A stretch of DNA of 64,000 nt from Phoronis australis (Eukaryota > Animalia > Phoronida). The notes below the pieces were generated by a model. That model saw only the letters and a list, made by a program, of their open reading frames with translations, was not told where the DNA came from and searched no databases. The stretch is taken from positions 112,032 through 176,031 of the forward strand of contig NMRA01000526.1 in the NCBI GenBank assembly GCA_002633005.1, read 5' to 3'. This document shows positions 35,301-50,300 of the stretch, piece by piece. Position 1 is the stretch's first letter; each line of letters starts with the position of its first letter. The translations under genes were made by a program, and so were the position numbers.

Positions 35301-38300
35301 CTTGTTTATCAGTGCATTATCCTGTCTGGCTTTTCTTGTACTAACAATTAACCAGCTAGTGGTCTATAACTGAACTCTGACCTTTTGTTTTCACTCATTT
35401 GAACTAAACATGTGACCATGAGAGCAAGGAAATAGCAATTGGTCAAATGTGCAGTCATACAAAGTTAAAATAAGGTGTTTTTGTTACTGCAATCACATTT
35501 TAACACTGGTTATTTTTACAACCAGACTGTTTGTTGTTAAGTTAAGTGATTTATGCAAGGCAGGTTTAATAGCTTACCTAGGTGGTCATGACTCATTTCT
35601 CTTTCCTTGTTACGTGGATTATTTTACTTCCTGGTCTTTGTGAAGAATCCTTTAACTGAAATCTGTAGCTTCCTAACATTCATGTCCTGTAACAATGTAC
35701 ATTTGTGGGGCCTGATGTTTGATCAGTTAGTTGTAAAACTTAATGGATAATCTACCTCTGGAACTCTTTTGGTACAGGGGGAGTAGGGCTTCAATTTTTA
35801 ATCAACGATTTTAACGTTAGTTTGGCAACCTCAAATTTCATTTGGCGACCTGGATTTTTGCCAAGTCGCCAAATGCGACTTGCCATCAAGCTAAGCGACG
35901 ATCACTGGTCAGTATTAATTATTAAATGAAAATATGAAGAATGGACAGGAAACATGATAACCAAACCTCAGTTAGAACCTGAATACATACAAGGCGTAGC
36001 TGCCTGCGCCTATACTTGAAGATTTTGGCACATGTGCCAATGTGCAAAATACTTCATTGATAAAAAGCAATATTTTAGAGATGAGTCTATGAGCCTAAAT
36101 AATCTTTTCCCTCATTTTTTAACTCTAAGTGTGTCTTACTTCCACATGTCGTGCCATTTTCCAGTACTGCTTCTTATGCTTTGTACATTCTTTTCAGTGC
36201 AAAAGCCATAGCTGCCACAGGAGATCGGGGAGTCCAGCTAGCTTCGGACTGGTCAGTAAAAGTGCTTTGATTTTAAGACATGGAGTGACATAAGCCAACA
36301 TTTGTATGTACCGAGCTTAAACTTGAGTATAATTTGGAAAATACGAAGTTAACTGCAGTGGTAGGACTCTCTGCGATTGTTATTTTAAATGTACCGGTTA
36401 TGAAATTAAAAGCCAAAGTAACGAACAGAAACATTTGAGTTGTGTGGGAGGAATGAAATGGTAAGATGAAGACTCTTTAGTGAGTCGTAAAAATTATTAT
36501 TGTGTGGGTGTGTCCTTTTTTGTCAGTGATTGGATGACTGTATTGGGGATGTGTAATACTTGAACATTCATTTAGTCAAGGCACAATAGTTACCTATAGG
36601 ATACAGAGCACAATGGATCAACTGTAGACAGTAAAACTGGAGATGGGGATCAACACAAAAGATTGATATAACTGGTTATACACATGGGTACTGTATTCAG
36701 AAGTTTAAGAAGAAAACAAAAATGTGTGTTGGCAATAAATGTTTATAAAGGATCTGTGTTAGCACTTGAGTTCAGGGGTGTTTTGCACATTGAGAATCTG
36801 CAAATGAGGCGCTGATTGGCATCTTTTATAGTACACTTATTGTTGTGATTGTTTTGATTAAAAATCCCCAACATACCTGGTGAACATCTGGTCTACACCC
36901 TCCCCCTCTGTGTCTTGTAATGGGTGTTATCAATATCATTGTTGTTGTATTGTTATTGTATTTGTTAATTTCAAATTATGTGGTTATTGTTATGGTTAGT
37001 TTTGTTGTTGCTTTTAAGGATACCGTTTATGAGTTTATAAGCAACTGTGATAAAATTGTAAATATTGTTTCTAAAGATACACAGTGCAATAATGTCAATC
37101 ACTAGGAGGGAAAAATTTGTTTTGACTATAAAATTGGTAAGTTGTATTCATAATTTAGTAGTTAACATTTGACAGAATGTGAAGATCATTGAATATTGCG
37201 TGTTTTTTATTGTTGCAATTAACTTTCCTTCGTACTTGTGCTTTCTGAACATTAAGAATTGATCTTTTGTCTTGGTGCACCAATAACCCTCTAAAGCGTG
37301 CTTTCCTCATGACAACTCCTAGTGCTTTCAAGAATGGCTTTATTGTGACAAGTTAGTATTTTATTGTTATTGACGTCTCATGTTGGTACCTGAATTAGGC
37401 CAACTATGTGCCCTATGGTTGCCAAGCTGTTGATGGATACATTTAAATAACTTAGGAAAAGCATGGCAGGTAACTCCATCCATCACCTTTATACGTGTAT
37501 ACAGGAAAATCAGCTTTTGGTGTGAGTGTCAAAAACACTCTTCTGGTAGTTTTTAATTAAGTGACACCACCTGTATGGTTTTTGAAGAGAGGACCTTGCC
37601 TGGGAGTTTTCAAAAATGTTGAGACTTGCTACTGAGAAGGGTGACTTGTATTGACCAGTTTCCCATGGAAAAATGCCTTTTCTGACAAATTTCCCAGTGA
37701 AAAGGTCCATCTTCCGACACTATTACGTGCAAAATGAATTTTTGCACAGTTTTGCTTTGAACACCCAAAACAAAACTGCGCAAAATGCCCCTTTGTCCAA
37801 CCACAAAAATCGACAGAATTTTTTTACATTATATACACTATGCATTTTCAAAATGCTTGTTGCGGACTCAGATATAGTCTGTCTGAGTTGCGGATGATTT
37901 TTGATAACTTGTGCTGCTTTGGGATAAATTGGTTTAAATTGAGATGTCAAAGGAATTCTATGAAAGTGTTAGGCTTATGGCATTTTAAAGACTTACAAAT
38001 AAGGACATGGATGGGTGTTTCTTTCAGATCAAAAGCTTGAAAGCTTCTCACAATTAGGTTTCTTTTTTCATGTCCACAGTTCTTGTATATCCTAATTTTC
38101 CAGGTGCACCCCCCCATCAAAAATATAGTCTAGTCCCTCCCCAGGATTTTGTAATTTAAAGCATGTTAGTCTGTGCAATAAACCCACCCATGCAATGATT
38201 AACAGATGCTGTCGTTTTCCTGCATTTGTGTTGTTTGAAGGACATGATCTTACTGTAAGAATGCTGACAACAATGCCAGCAGTTTTGGTATACCATGGGC

Positions 38301-41300
38301 AGCGCAGCACTTAAAAAAGTGTGGGTCTATGGTCTCCTAGCCCCCCTGTGGTACACCGCCCATAGCCCATGGACAGCATAGCACTGAAAAAAGCGAGGGC
38401 TATAGCCTCCACAGCCCCCTATGGTGCGCCGCCCATGTGTATGGTAACTCAAGTCACCTGTAAATAACTCTTGCAACCTTTCACATTCCTGGTGTGTTTA
38501 TACCAGCAAAGAGCTACGGTAACAAAATGCCAGTTTGCCAACTGGATATCAGCTTCTCATCACATAGTCTGTTTACAGCTCATCAATGTTTAGTACAAAA
38601 TAGGCTTATCAACAAAAACATGTTGACTTCCTTTGTTTTATCTGTTAAATGCCAATCATGACCCAGATACTCAACAGCACAAAGTGTGTGTCAGATCTCT
38701 CTATATCATGATAAGAAATAGTTACCATTTCTGTAAACAGACCAGTCAGTTTAGTGACCTGCTGCCATGTAAAGGGAATAGCTGACTTTTCATATTGGCA
38801 CTCTGTAAAGTAATGAGAGCGAGAAACCAGACCTTTGCTAGATCCTGACTCAGATTTGGTAGACAGAAATTGACTACTCTATAGACATAGTGGTGTATTA
38901 CAGTGGCGGATGTAGGATATCACATGGGGGGCCCAACATTTTGTCTGTAAACATTTGCTCAAAGCACGATTGTAGATGCGCATAGCACCAAATGGGGGGA
39001 GGTTGGGTTTTCCCCCCTCCCGCCCAGGAATTTTTTTCTGTTTTTTTCCTCTAAAAATCAAGCATAGTCCTTGATTCCCGAAGTATTATCCAAGAAAAAA
39101 AGGCATAAAAAGAAAGAAAAAAAACGGAGAAAGTGTCAAACAGGAAAAACTGCAAGTATCACAGACTCGAACTCACGACCTGGCGGATAAAGCACGTGTG
39201 CTTTACCACTGCACAACCATGATTCAACTCCTACCTTGATACTAAGAGACCTACTTGTTTATGGTCCACAGCGAACTTTTTGTAATGCTTATTACATATT
39301 TTATATTTTATGCAATCAGTTCATAACAAATTTGTTGTATTTAAAATAGTCATCAATTGCCCAAAAGACCAAATCCGTTTTTTGTGTTGGCAATGACGCG
39401 ATTGCTTTGGAAATCGTCTTAAGTTAAGGTTTGACAAAGAGAGAATTATGAGTTTCTGAGTGATTCACTAAGGCTTCGATTAAAATTGACATCTTACCAG
39501 CAGCTTCTGTTTTTTTCATTATAACTCAGATTCCATTTTCTTTAAAAAGTGAAGTAATTTTCTTCATTGTACAGTGGAGCAGATGACGGAAATGGAGGCG
39601 TTGTGCCTAGCGCCACTGCCGGTCGCCTGGGATATCGCGAGAGAGCCTATACTTAGCCATAGTTACGATTGCGCCGTGTTCCGAATTTGACACTTGAAAT
39701 TGGATTTGAGCCCTCCCTCCCCCAACCACTAAAACTGCTCACATTTAAATCTTGTTTCAGCCGTATAATTTTAATTACCGGGGTTAATTAATAAACTCAA
39801 CATTTCCCTACGCTCTTGCTGTTTTATTTTTTTGCGGCAGCCAAGGGGGGGGACAGGCTCCCTGGGCCCCCCCCCCTAAATCCGCCTATGTACATGTATT
39901 AATAAATCCAATGTCAACCCATCCCATTGTTTGACTAGGTAATAGGTACACCAATGGCTTGTTGACTTCAGCTTGGCTCGAAATTCTGCTTTATCAGTTG
40001 CAGCCTCTAACTATTCCACTGCGCATTCTTTTCGCAGTGATAAATAACGTAGAAAATAAATCTGAAACTAAATAAAGCGATCCAGAACCTCCCAAGGATA
40101 CTATTGGTTCACGAAGTGTAGAATATAAATAGGTAAATAAAACAACAAGCTTAGAATGGATCAACTGAAATTTTCGGATGTAATAACGTCCTTTGTCAAC
40201 AGAAACAGAAATAAAGTAAAATCAAACACTGTATGACAATTGACATTTAAGATATGGTGTAATGAATATGATACATTTTTGTGTAAAAAATTCAATGATA
40301 TATTTTAAGAAGTTTTTATGTTCAATCCATGAGGTTCTATTGTATTGAGCTTGTCTATCCAATATTGTTCTACACCTATTAAACATTTTATTTCATTTCT
40401 TATCCAACTAATATAATACTGCAAATTTAAAAAAAATCATTATCATGATAGCTTCTATGACCATATATCAAACCGCAATAACTTCGATGTCTACTTTCTA
40501 CCGAAGCCTGTCTCAAAGGTTCTGCTAACTTCGCAGTTTACATCTGATTCAATGCACTTGTACGGGAGTCAAGTTGTTATGAAATGAAAAGACATAGAGA
40601 TATGTTGGATTGCTTTTCGTCTATGGGTAAGAAAAATGAAAATTTGATTGTGTAATGTTAAAATACGCAACATATATATCCATAGATGCTTGTTGTTATT
40701 CAGTAATGGACCGTTCCTTATTATGTGTCTTGAAAAATGCAACATTATCAGGAAGAGATAACTAGGTTATCTCTTCCTGACATTATGTATATCTGCTGTT
40801 TTGAATTGTAGGTTGCTGTCTCACGTGAATGACCCAATGATTGACGATGACATTCCGCGTGAGTACACAGTCTATCTGTGTCCCACAGGTCATCTGCAGT
40901 CACAGCTTGAGGTGTTCTGGCACAACTCCAAGGAACGTTGCGGATGGAACGGTGCTCTCAAGTCCTTACCACACATCACTCTCTGCTCATTTTTTATGGT
41001 GAGATTACGTTCTTTTGCTTTCCATTGCTACGGTGATTTTATTGCTGCACTCGTTTGTGTTCATTGTTACCTGTAGCTCAGGTCAGTATAGCAGGCTTGA
41101 AAAGTTGATCTAAATTTGTGAGGGAAACCCTGGATGAACACAGATATTGACGTTAAATTTTTTTGTGCTCCAGAATTTCAATGCAAAGAGATTTTGTATC
41201 CAGATGAGTTATAAACTTTAAACATCAATGCAAAAGATATTATCAAACTTTATTTCTTCATTTGTTTGAAAGTGACTTGTGAGATCGTTACGGATGTTAC

Positions 41301-44300
41301 AGTGAAACATATCGGGGGAGAGCACAGTGAAACATATCCGGGGGTACTGCCGTTTGCATTAGATCTGGACTTGAGACAGATGTTGGGGTACTGCCATTTG
41401 CATTACATCTGGGTTTGAGACAGATGATTGTAAACTGTTTACAAAACCTGGGAAGTGTGATTGATGAACTCAAGCATTTTGATTCTGTTTACCAAAGTAC
41501 TCTCATTAGGGTGTTTTTTCTCATGCTGGTTTGTTGAAAATTTTATAATTTTGCGGTTGGTTTGTTCATTTCGTTACTTCAATTTTAAATTGGCAAATGA
41601 TGGCATATAGTGTATCCTACAAACTTTTCAGGTTCGCGCTCGAATCTACAAATGACAGTACTAGAAATGACAATTGACGAATACTCTTATTATCAAAGTC
41701 AAACTTGACGCATAAGCAATAATAACTTTGCTTTTTCTATGACCGTTCTCGGCAGGCTATAGCCAGATATGGCGTTTTACGTGGTTTGTACAGTCTGGAA
41801 AAATTCATGGAATTTATGGATTTTGCCAATTTATGGAAAACCCTTAAATACATGGCAATTAGTTATCCTGGAAATACTGAACCTTTAAAGATGCTGCTTA
41901 CCTGCAACTTCTGTTATAAAAACTTTGATTAAGAACATTTATCTTTTCTGTCTTACCTTGTTCCTTATTCAAATTATAACTGAATTGATACTTAGTCTTG
42001 AGAACTCATTGTCCATTATTGCTTCAGACCATCTAAGTTATGTTGCCCATAAGGCTGTCAGGGGAATTTCAGGCATTGTATTACAATCAGTTTGAATTTA
42101 AAAAGCAAGATAAGAGTTGCTCTTGTCTGTTCCCTCATAAACACTGTCATATTAAATGTCCTGGAGGTCCTGGATTCTTACAGGAATCTGGTAAAGTCCA
42201 ATTTGTAAAATTCTGCTTGAACTACTAAGTACGTTTAAAATCAACAAAAATATTTATACGTTCCTCCACTTCCTCCATTATGAATGGCATGTTTACTGCT
42301 AGTTGGATGGCTCTTGATTTACGCCTTTTTGGTATTTTCTTAACTTGTTAAATGGGATGTTATCAAGAAGTAAATACATTTGACAAAAGACTTCTGATTA
42401 CATGATCACAGTTTAATATTCAGCTTTTATTGGCTAGTCGCATGGCATAATTGATTTATAGCTGCAGTTTTCAGTATTTTTAGTACATGACAAAATCAGG
42501 TTTTTGCTTATTGGTGAAAGCCTAAATATGCTTTGGCTTTGGCATTGAAAATCTTTTTAGTTGCAGGTTGCATGGCATATGTGGTAGTTTATTAATGCTT
42601 GAGAGGAATTTTCAAATATAAGCAATATGGATGTTGGTGGAAATCGACCAAGCAGACCACCACTTTGAAATGTTTTCCCCAAGTCATAATCACCTGACCT
42701 GTATGCTGCTGTGTAATAGTTGATAGAATCATCACGCGCATGTTCTTTAGGCACCCGACGCACAAGTGTCCATTCTGTCACGTGCACTGAAAAAGGTCGT
42801 AGATTTACAGCGAAACCTATTCAACAAGCTCGACCTCGAGCACTTCTCATCGCCCAACTTTATTGGTCTCTTCGTCTCTGACAAGCATGCAGTAATGCTA
42901 CAGAAAATTTTAGAAGATTTCGCCAACGAACTGTCAAAATCAGGTTTGTGTAATATTTATTTGTTGTAGAAGGTTGGTGGTTGCTTTCACTGCCACTCAA
43001 CTGTGCCAGCCATTTTGCTGGAACACCACCAGAAATTCCATATTTAATTTTGGTTTTTTTAAAACGTTTTTGTCTAAAAAGAAGCAGAAAGAGTATGCAA
43101 GTGTTTTGTCCTTTTATTGTGTATCGCTCGTCATAGAAACATTACGTCCTGTGTATCACTTGGTTGTGGGTATTTCCTCCACTGATACAGTTAACTTAAG
43201 GTTACGTGGGACCTTATCGACAAGTCTGAGCATTTAGCAAACTGTAGAACTTAGCTCAGAGTCGGTAAAAATTTGCATAACAGGTATTTTCCAAAAATAG
43301 AAAGCCCATTGAATTTGATTTTTACAGAAAGATCTCGTACTGACGAACACGAGTAAAGTTTGAATAAAGACAACAACTTTAATTTCTAAAATGTAATGGC
43401 AGTAAAACATCACCATTGTCAAGCTTTATTCAGAGAATGCATGCCAGGATGGCTACAGTTACAGTACATGGAAAATACACGAGAATTTTCTGTGTATTGT
43501 ACCTGTAGTCATCGTGGTATGCATTCTCTGGATAAAGCTTGACAATGGTAGATGTTTTATCACTGAAACATGTTGGTACGTTTTAGAAAAGTTGTTTTGG
43601 AGTACATTACAGTAATTTAGTATCTAAAAGTTTTTGTGAATCCAATCATTTCCGAGATATGATGGACTGGACAGGTCTGAAGTTAGCCAAATTGTGAAAT
43701 TTTTCTGTGGTCCCACATAATCTTAATGAACGTATTTCACACGGGGTTAATGCTGCTTAAAGTGGCTATACACTCACCTTCTGTTACAAAAGCTGACCCT
43801 TCAACGGTATTAAATTGTTCTCAAATTGTTCCCGAGTCAAATTGAGGGTAATTTTAAGGGTTCGAAAGAACTGACAGTTATTGTTTCATGACCAGGCTCT
43901 ACAGGTCGGCTTGAAATGGCATGTCATATTATGTCACCTTATACTATGTCATGTTACACGCTTAGCATGGTTTCATGGGGTAACAAAATTCCAATTCTTC
44001 TCATCTGGGTAAAGAACAAGTTGAGAACAATTTTGTAGCTGATTTAAATCAAAACTTTGCTTCTGGAACAATACGCGGATTTATAGCCTCTTTTCTATGG
44101 CGTGCTTTCTGCTTTTCACAGCTTTAAGTGTCGTTTGAACTTGTGTTTTGTTTGCCACTGATGGGCTTACTATATTTCCTAGTCACCTGTGAGGCAGTTG
44201 CTGCATTCCCATGTATTTCAGCATCTCAGAAATTTCAGAGCAATCATTTTTCTGGAATTACTTCCTCAAGTGTGTTGTGCCCTCATCCCAGCGAGAATAT

Positions 44301-47300
44301 CCATGTCTACAAACTGTTAACAAAATAAAAATTTCTTAAAGAGATAAATTTGAAGTGTTTTAACTTAAAAAAATACAACAAAAACATAATGCAAGGCCAC
44401 TCATTTTCAGCAAAGCTTTATGTATCCCACAGTGGTGTGTGCTCCAAAACATGCAGCTTTTTTCCAAAATGTGATATACGCTGGTTACATTCAAGTTATT
44501 CAATTTTGGAGGATGTCTCATTTTGTTTGGAAATAGAGGAAAATTTCATTTAATGAAATTCCAGTTGTCCACCATCATTTTGTGTTCTAAACTGTTTTCC
44601 ATAACTGACTTCAAATTTGTATTATTCAAAAGTAGTTATTTTCTGTTGTTTACCGGAAGTCCTCCAGAGTTTTCCCATAGCCATATTTCACTACTTTCAG
44701 GTATAAGAGTTGAACCTCACAAAAAACAGCTTCACGTGACGCTAGCCTATCAGTTTTTGCCAGAACACAGGAGTATTCTCACTGAACTTTCCAAAGATAT
44801 TGACATCTCAGATACTGGCAGGTGGGAGATCCGGTTATACTCACGAGATCAGAGGCAGGCTAACAAAGAGGTGTGTGTGTGTGTTTTAAATGGACATGGT
44901 CGGTTTTACATTTAAGAAAAACACATTTTTCGGATTATAGTTGGATGGGAGAGACTTCTTAAGTTATTAGCATTAACCAAAACTACAGCAAAATGTGTTG
45001 TTTTTTATTTTATTACAAATGACCAATTCTCTTCATTGTCTAATAGCCATTTGTTGAAATCAAAAGGTTCAACGACTTCCAAGGAAAAACTGCTGTTTAT
45101 CAGTTTGGGTTTAGCTATGCTAGCAAAGTGCTGGACTGTGGTTGCAAGTCTGATTCTGTGTTCAATTTGATGTATTAAAATCCCTTTTCTGACCGATAAT
45201 GGCATCTTAAGTTGTGAATTGTCCAACTGGAATATCGTCCTTGTGTTGTTTTCATTTACCTTTCAAGTAAATTTTTTTTGTTGTATTCCTAATGAAGAAG
45301 ATTCAGGGATCATTAAATTCAAGCAACACAGACAACACAGAATTACATGTTATGTTATGGAAAGCATCGATTTAGTCATAGTCTGACAAACGACTGCAAC
45401 GTGTTATTCCAATCTCGTGGAACAGGTTTTAGAAATTAGTCAGGGTATAATGAAGGTTGAGTCAAATGAATATAGTGAGCTCACTTGCTTGTGTCAAAGG
45501 AATTGCATAAAGTATATATTTAGTAGAATATATTGTAATTTAGTTGTGGGGATAAGATGTGAAGTGGGCTTTGAAATGTTGATGTTAAAAGAGCTGTCTT
45601 GAAATCATTTCTACTTCTTATCTTGCTTGAACAGCAATGCAAAACCATGAGTTAGACTAACAAAGCATAGTTGGATCAGCTCTGTGGTTGTTTTTTGAAA
45701 CCTGATGTGACAATGGGTATTTTTGTCACAGTATTTGTCCACTTTTTCAAAAACAATTAAAAATCACCCAATTATCACTGCAGGTAAAGTTGTGTTTTTT
45801 TCATAAACTCAAACCAGCTTTAGTTTTCTGCTGGAAGTAGTTATAACCTATTTGTAACCAAACAAGGTATTACGAAGTTGGTTGTGGCTGAACTGACAAA
45901 CCACTTCATTCAGTAACAAGCGTTGATACATTTGCATGCCTTTTTATGAATGAATTTTTCTAATTGAAAAATGATGTGCTTGGGCGCTGTTTTTTAAGCA
46001 TTGAGGCCCAGGTTTCAAAATATGTTGAGGTGCAGACCAGAACCAAAAGGCTTATAATTTATGCTTCTTGTTTTACTATGGACCTTATGGAATTCATCAA
46101 TTCCTTTAGGTCTTAGGTTTTCCACTGCTTGTCTGAATTTAACTAATTTTACATCATTTTGACTCACTAACACCTTGGTTAAGTCAGTGTGCCTTCTAAC
46201 TTCCATCAACCACGATGTCTTTGGATGGTGATCATTTATATCTGTCACAAACATCAAAAGGTTAAAAAATGGATGTGTAAAATCAAAAAGATGCTTTTAC
46301 CCAATACATTCCTGTTTTTACTATTAATTATGTGCTGGTCAACTGCGAACTAACATTCTCTTGTTTGTTCATGCCCTTTGTCGATGCCTTAAATGATGTT
46401 CTGTAAATATTCTAATTTAACCACAGGTCCTCAAAGTCATTTATTCACATGAGGCAGAGATGATTGACGAACTGGACCTCATCCCAGGCGACTATGTGTT
46501 TGCTGATAAAGCCACAATGGACCACTCAGAGGACGGCTGGTTTGTGGGAACATCATGGCTGACTGGTATGACCGGCGTACTACCGGGTGTGTTCACTGAG
46601 AGAGTGGCAGAGTCGGAGGCTTGGACACTGCACAGGTGGGAATAATTACTGTTTAGGATTTCTTGTAAAGTGTAGTTGTAAGCAATGGATTTGGGATGAA
46701 ACTAATCTGGACATACGCTAGCTAATTGATGGAATTTAGAACAAATAGATCTTTGTGGAAAGTTAAAGCCTGTTACAAATCCCTTTGCTCTACAATTCTT
46801 GTATTGCTTCTGTGAGATCATGCATTACCATTGTAAGTATAAACTCAACATTTTTTCGTGTCACCCCAACATTTCACAAGAGCAACAAAATAGTATTCAA
46901 TCGTATTTTCAGATCCATGACTTTAATAACAGGAACTGCAAGTCTCTGTGAAGCAGTGAATGGAGAATCCACTGAACCTATGTATGCTAAAGTAAGTGCT
47001 TCTCTACTCTCTTTGGCTTATTCTACACTATTCTCGAGGAATCGAACAACACAGATTGGTTATCTACCATTTAATGTTACGTGGGAACATTGACACTTTC
47101 TCAAATCTTTCAAAATACGAAAATAGTTGCTATTTATTCAAAAAAATGATAATAAAAGATATTTATATTATAACACAAATTAATTTGTGCCACAGACCTG
47201 TGTATTGCGCATAAAAACTTGTGATGAGCATGTTTCTTTTTTCACAAAGTATGTAAATATTAACCCTTACAACTCAAATTGTGTGTGTGGCTCTACCTAA

Positions 47301-50300
47301 AACTTGGCCAATCATACCATGTGTTTTACTTCCTTCCAAAAGAAGGGAGTATGAATTTGTAATGGGTATTGAAAACTTGTGTTTCCTTGCACTTTGGTCT
47401 AGGGTTGTTATGTGTGCACAGTTTGCATTTCAAGTTTTTCTAGCAACAATAATCAAGTTGCTGTGTTAGACTGTCGAGTCATTTTAATCTGCTTTCGGGT
47501 TATGCAATTTTGATGCGCAGGAAATTTAATCTCAGCTAGTTGTAATGATGTACTGGTTTATAAGCCAAGTTTGTGTAAAGGAATTTTAATGAACATTGAA
47601 CAGGTTTTGTATTATTCTATGGTCAATAGTTATGAACCAGTCTTTCTGGAGCTGACTTAACACCATTCCCAAAGTTACTGTGTATAATTCATATCTGCAA
47701 TGAATAATGATTTGCATTTTAGCATTGTTATGTTGATTCACCTTAGGTAAAGAAACCGTTGAAAGGGCCAAAAAAGATCTTGGTCGTTAGGCATGGTGAA
47801 CGCGTGGACTGGGGTCTTGGTAAAGACTGGATTCTGAATTGTTTTGACCAACAGGGTGAGTGTCAGTTAATATGGTGTACAGCAAGTGGAATATTTACAT
47901 TCATATAAAACATTTTTGTTAAAGTCACACAGGTCTAATTCGGTCTAGCCAAAGTCGCAAACTTCTAAGACAGAACATCAGTGGTGGTGAATGTTCTCTT
48001 GAAGCATTCAATGATGGTAGTAGTTGAATATAACGTGCCCGAATTTTGAGACCCAGTTTTCACCACTGAGTAACGGGCATCAAACTGGTTCTCAAAATAC
48101 GAGCATGTTTTATTCTGTAACCATTCAGTCCATAGTATCGTTAATTGGAACTGGGGTTGCTAAGTTGGTATTAAAGAGAAAAAAAGGGTTTCAAAGAAAG
48201 CGCTGTATGGGACTTTAACACCGCTTAGCATCAACAAGTACAATACATTCTGACCAATTTTGGCCACACTTTATTGCTAAAATTGCCTTTTTATCTTCTT
48301 AAAAACTTCTGATACTGATCCAAGTGCCCGCTGTCTTCAAAACAGTGTCCAGTGGTAGCTTTCTAACAGAACTTGAAAATGGTGAAACACTAATCTTGTG
48401 CTACTCATCTTTTGTTTTAAAAAAGAGGAATTATCATTTCACTTGTCTATGATATCCTGTCCTGAATTGGTCAAAATTTGCTGCCACTCCATCTGGTGTT
48501 TGGTCATGGAAACAGCCTTGTCACATTCTGCTGCCAGATATTTTAGTTTTGACACACTAAGTGAATATCAGCTGATTTTTTGCATCAAACGCTCATCAGG
48601 TCAATGAAACAAATCAAAGCTTGCAAATCCAAACATATTGCCTGAGTTTCACCTAGAGCAATATCAACACTTTACCCTGTCAGATCATGCTATGCTGCAA
48701 CTCATGTCCCAACTGGTAATTCTGAGTGATTCTTGTGAGTTGGAATCTGAATAGCAAAAACCCCATAGCAATTTTCTTTTTATAACCCATTCTACTTTCT
48801 CATGTTTGGTAGCTTGTAAACAACACTGTTGAAACAGTGCTGGCTGGACTCTTCACTGGTTGACACGCAACAAGATGGCTTGGCTTGTGAACGTAATGAA
48901 TCAATTAGAGATATTTTCTTAAACAGCTAACCACCCCTAATGCACGGAACCAGCCAACGAAACCGAGTAGAAAGGAGTGGCATCACATGGGTTTTGAAAA
49001 AGTAGCTTGACTACAGCGACTGCGCCTGTAACTTCTACTATAATGTGCCTTGAGCTAACCTACTTTGGTGTGTGTACGTGTGGTGTTACACTGTCTTCTT
49101 AATATTTTATTCCAAGCTTCAATGACCTCACCCACTTAGTAATCGTTCTTTAATTATGGCCATGATCAATTGATATTTTCCACCCTTGAATTACATAGTC
49201 GTTTTGCCTGATTGCTGCCAGCAATGGCATTCAAGCTTTGTCTTTTTATTACTGTATATATAAACAGTTTGTCTTTTGAATGTCATTATTGTATTAACAG
49301 GTAACTTTCATCCTGGACCTAACGTCAACATGCCCAGAATTGTGCCGATGAGGAAAGGTCCTCCATCAGAATATATCGGTGACTCGCCCATTACCGAGAT
49401 GGGAGCCCAGCAGGCAAAGTTACTAGGTATTTTGGAGTTAAAATTTATTGTGACTGAAATACACATTAAGCCCTTGTTGCTTTAAGTTTTATCCTCAGCA
49501 TGTTTTAACATTGAAATGGACATGACTGCATCCCATGTGCAAAAATGTGTAGAATTCAATATTGAGAGAACAAATAGTGTTTTGGAAGGGAGATGAATCA
49601 ATGTCTGTTTTTATGATCAATGAATAGAGTGAGGTGTCAACATGCCCTTATTTATTATGCATACTTATCTTGGCCAGTGCTTTAAAGTGTCAAACACCAT
49701 TAAAACTGGCACAGTAGTTAAGTCTAATCTCAAAGACATGTAAAATGACGTCTTTGACGCTTTTTGGTACAATGGTGCTGTATTCATAAATTCACAGGCT
49801 TACATTTATTTATTGGCCGGTGGAGTTTACTGGTAGTTTGTATGGCAATCGCCATCACACAATAAAAGTGTTGGACATTTTGATGTGACCTGATTACTGA
49901 TGTGACATGTTCTACTTCCAGCTGTAGGAAAGTTGTCACACTCAACTCAACTCAAACACTCTTTGATTAATTTATCTTCACCTTTCAGGTAAAGGCCTTA
50001 AACTGTCAGGCATTCAAGTGTCCCATGTTTATTGCTCTCCGGCTCTCAGGTGTGTTCAGACAGCTCATAAATTGCTCAAAGGTAAGACGCATTGACGCTG
50101 TGCTTATAACGAAGCCAGTATTCAAGCTGATTGATCAGCATCTTGCATTCAGAGGACCTTTTTTGAATTTGGAATTGAAAAGACAAATAATAGGGAGCCA
50201 GGTGTTTGCAAGTGGTCGCATAAGAAAGGCCAAAATGGTCATTTCCTCCTTTGTGAAAAGTTATCATATTGTCTTTGGATCTTTTTCTGGTGGGCAGTTA

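Noticed and set aside
43766-44127. Second Kolobok element (TTAA-AG...CT-TTAA)
   Set aside because: The termini match over only a few bases; the internal inverted similarity is suggestive but too weak to call.
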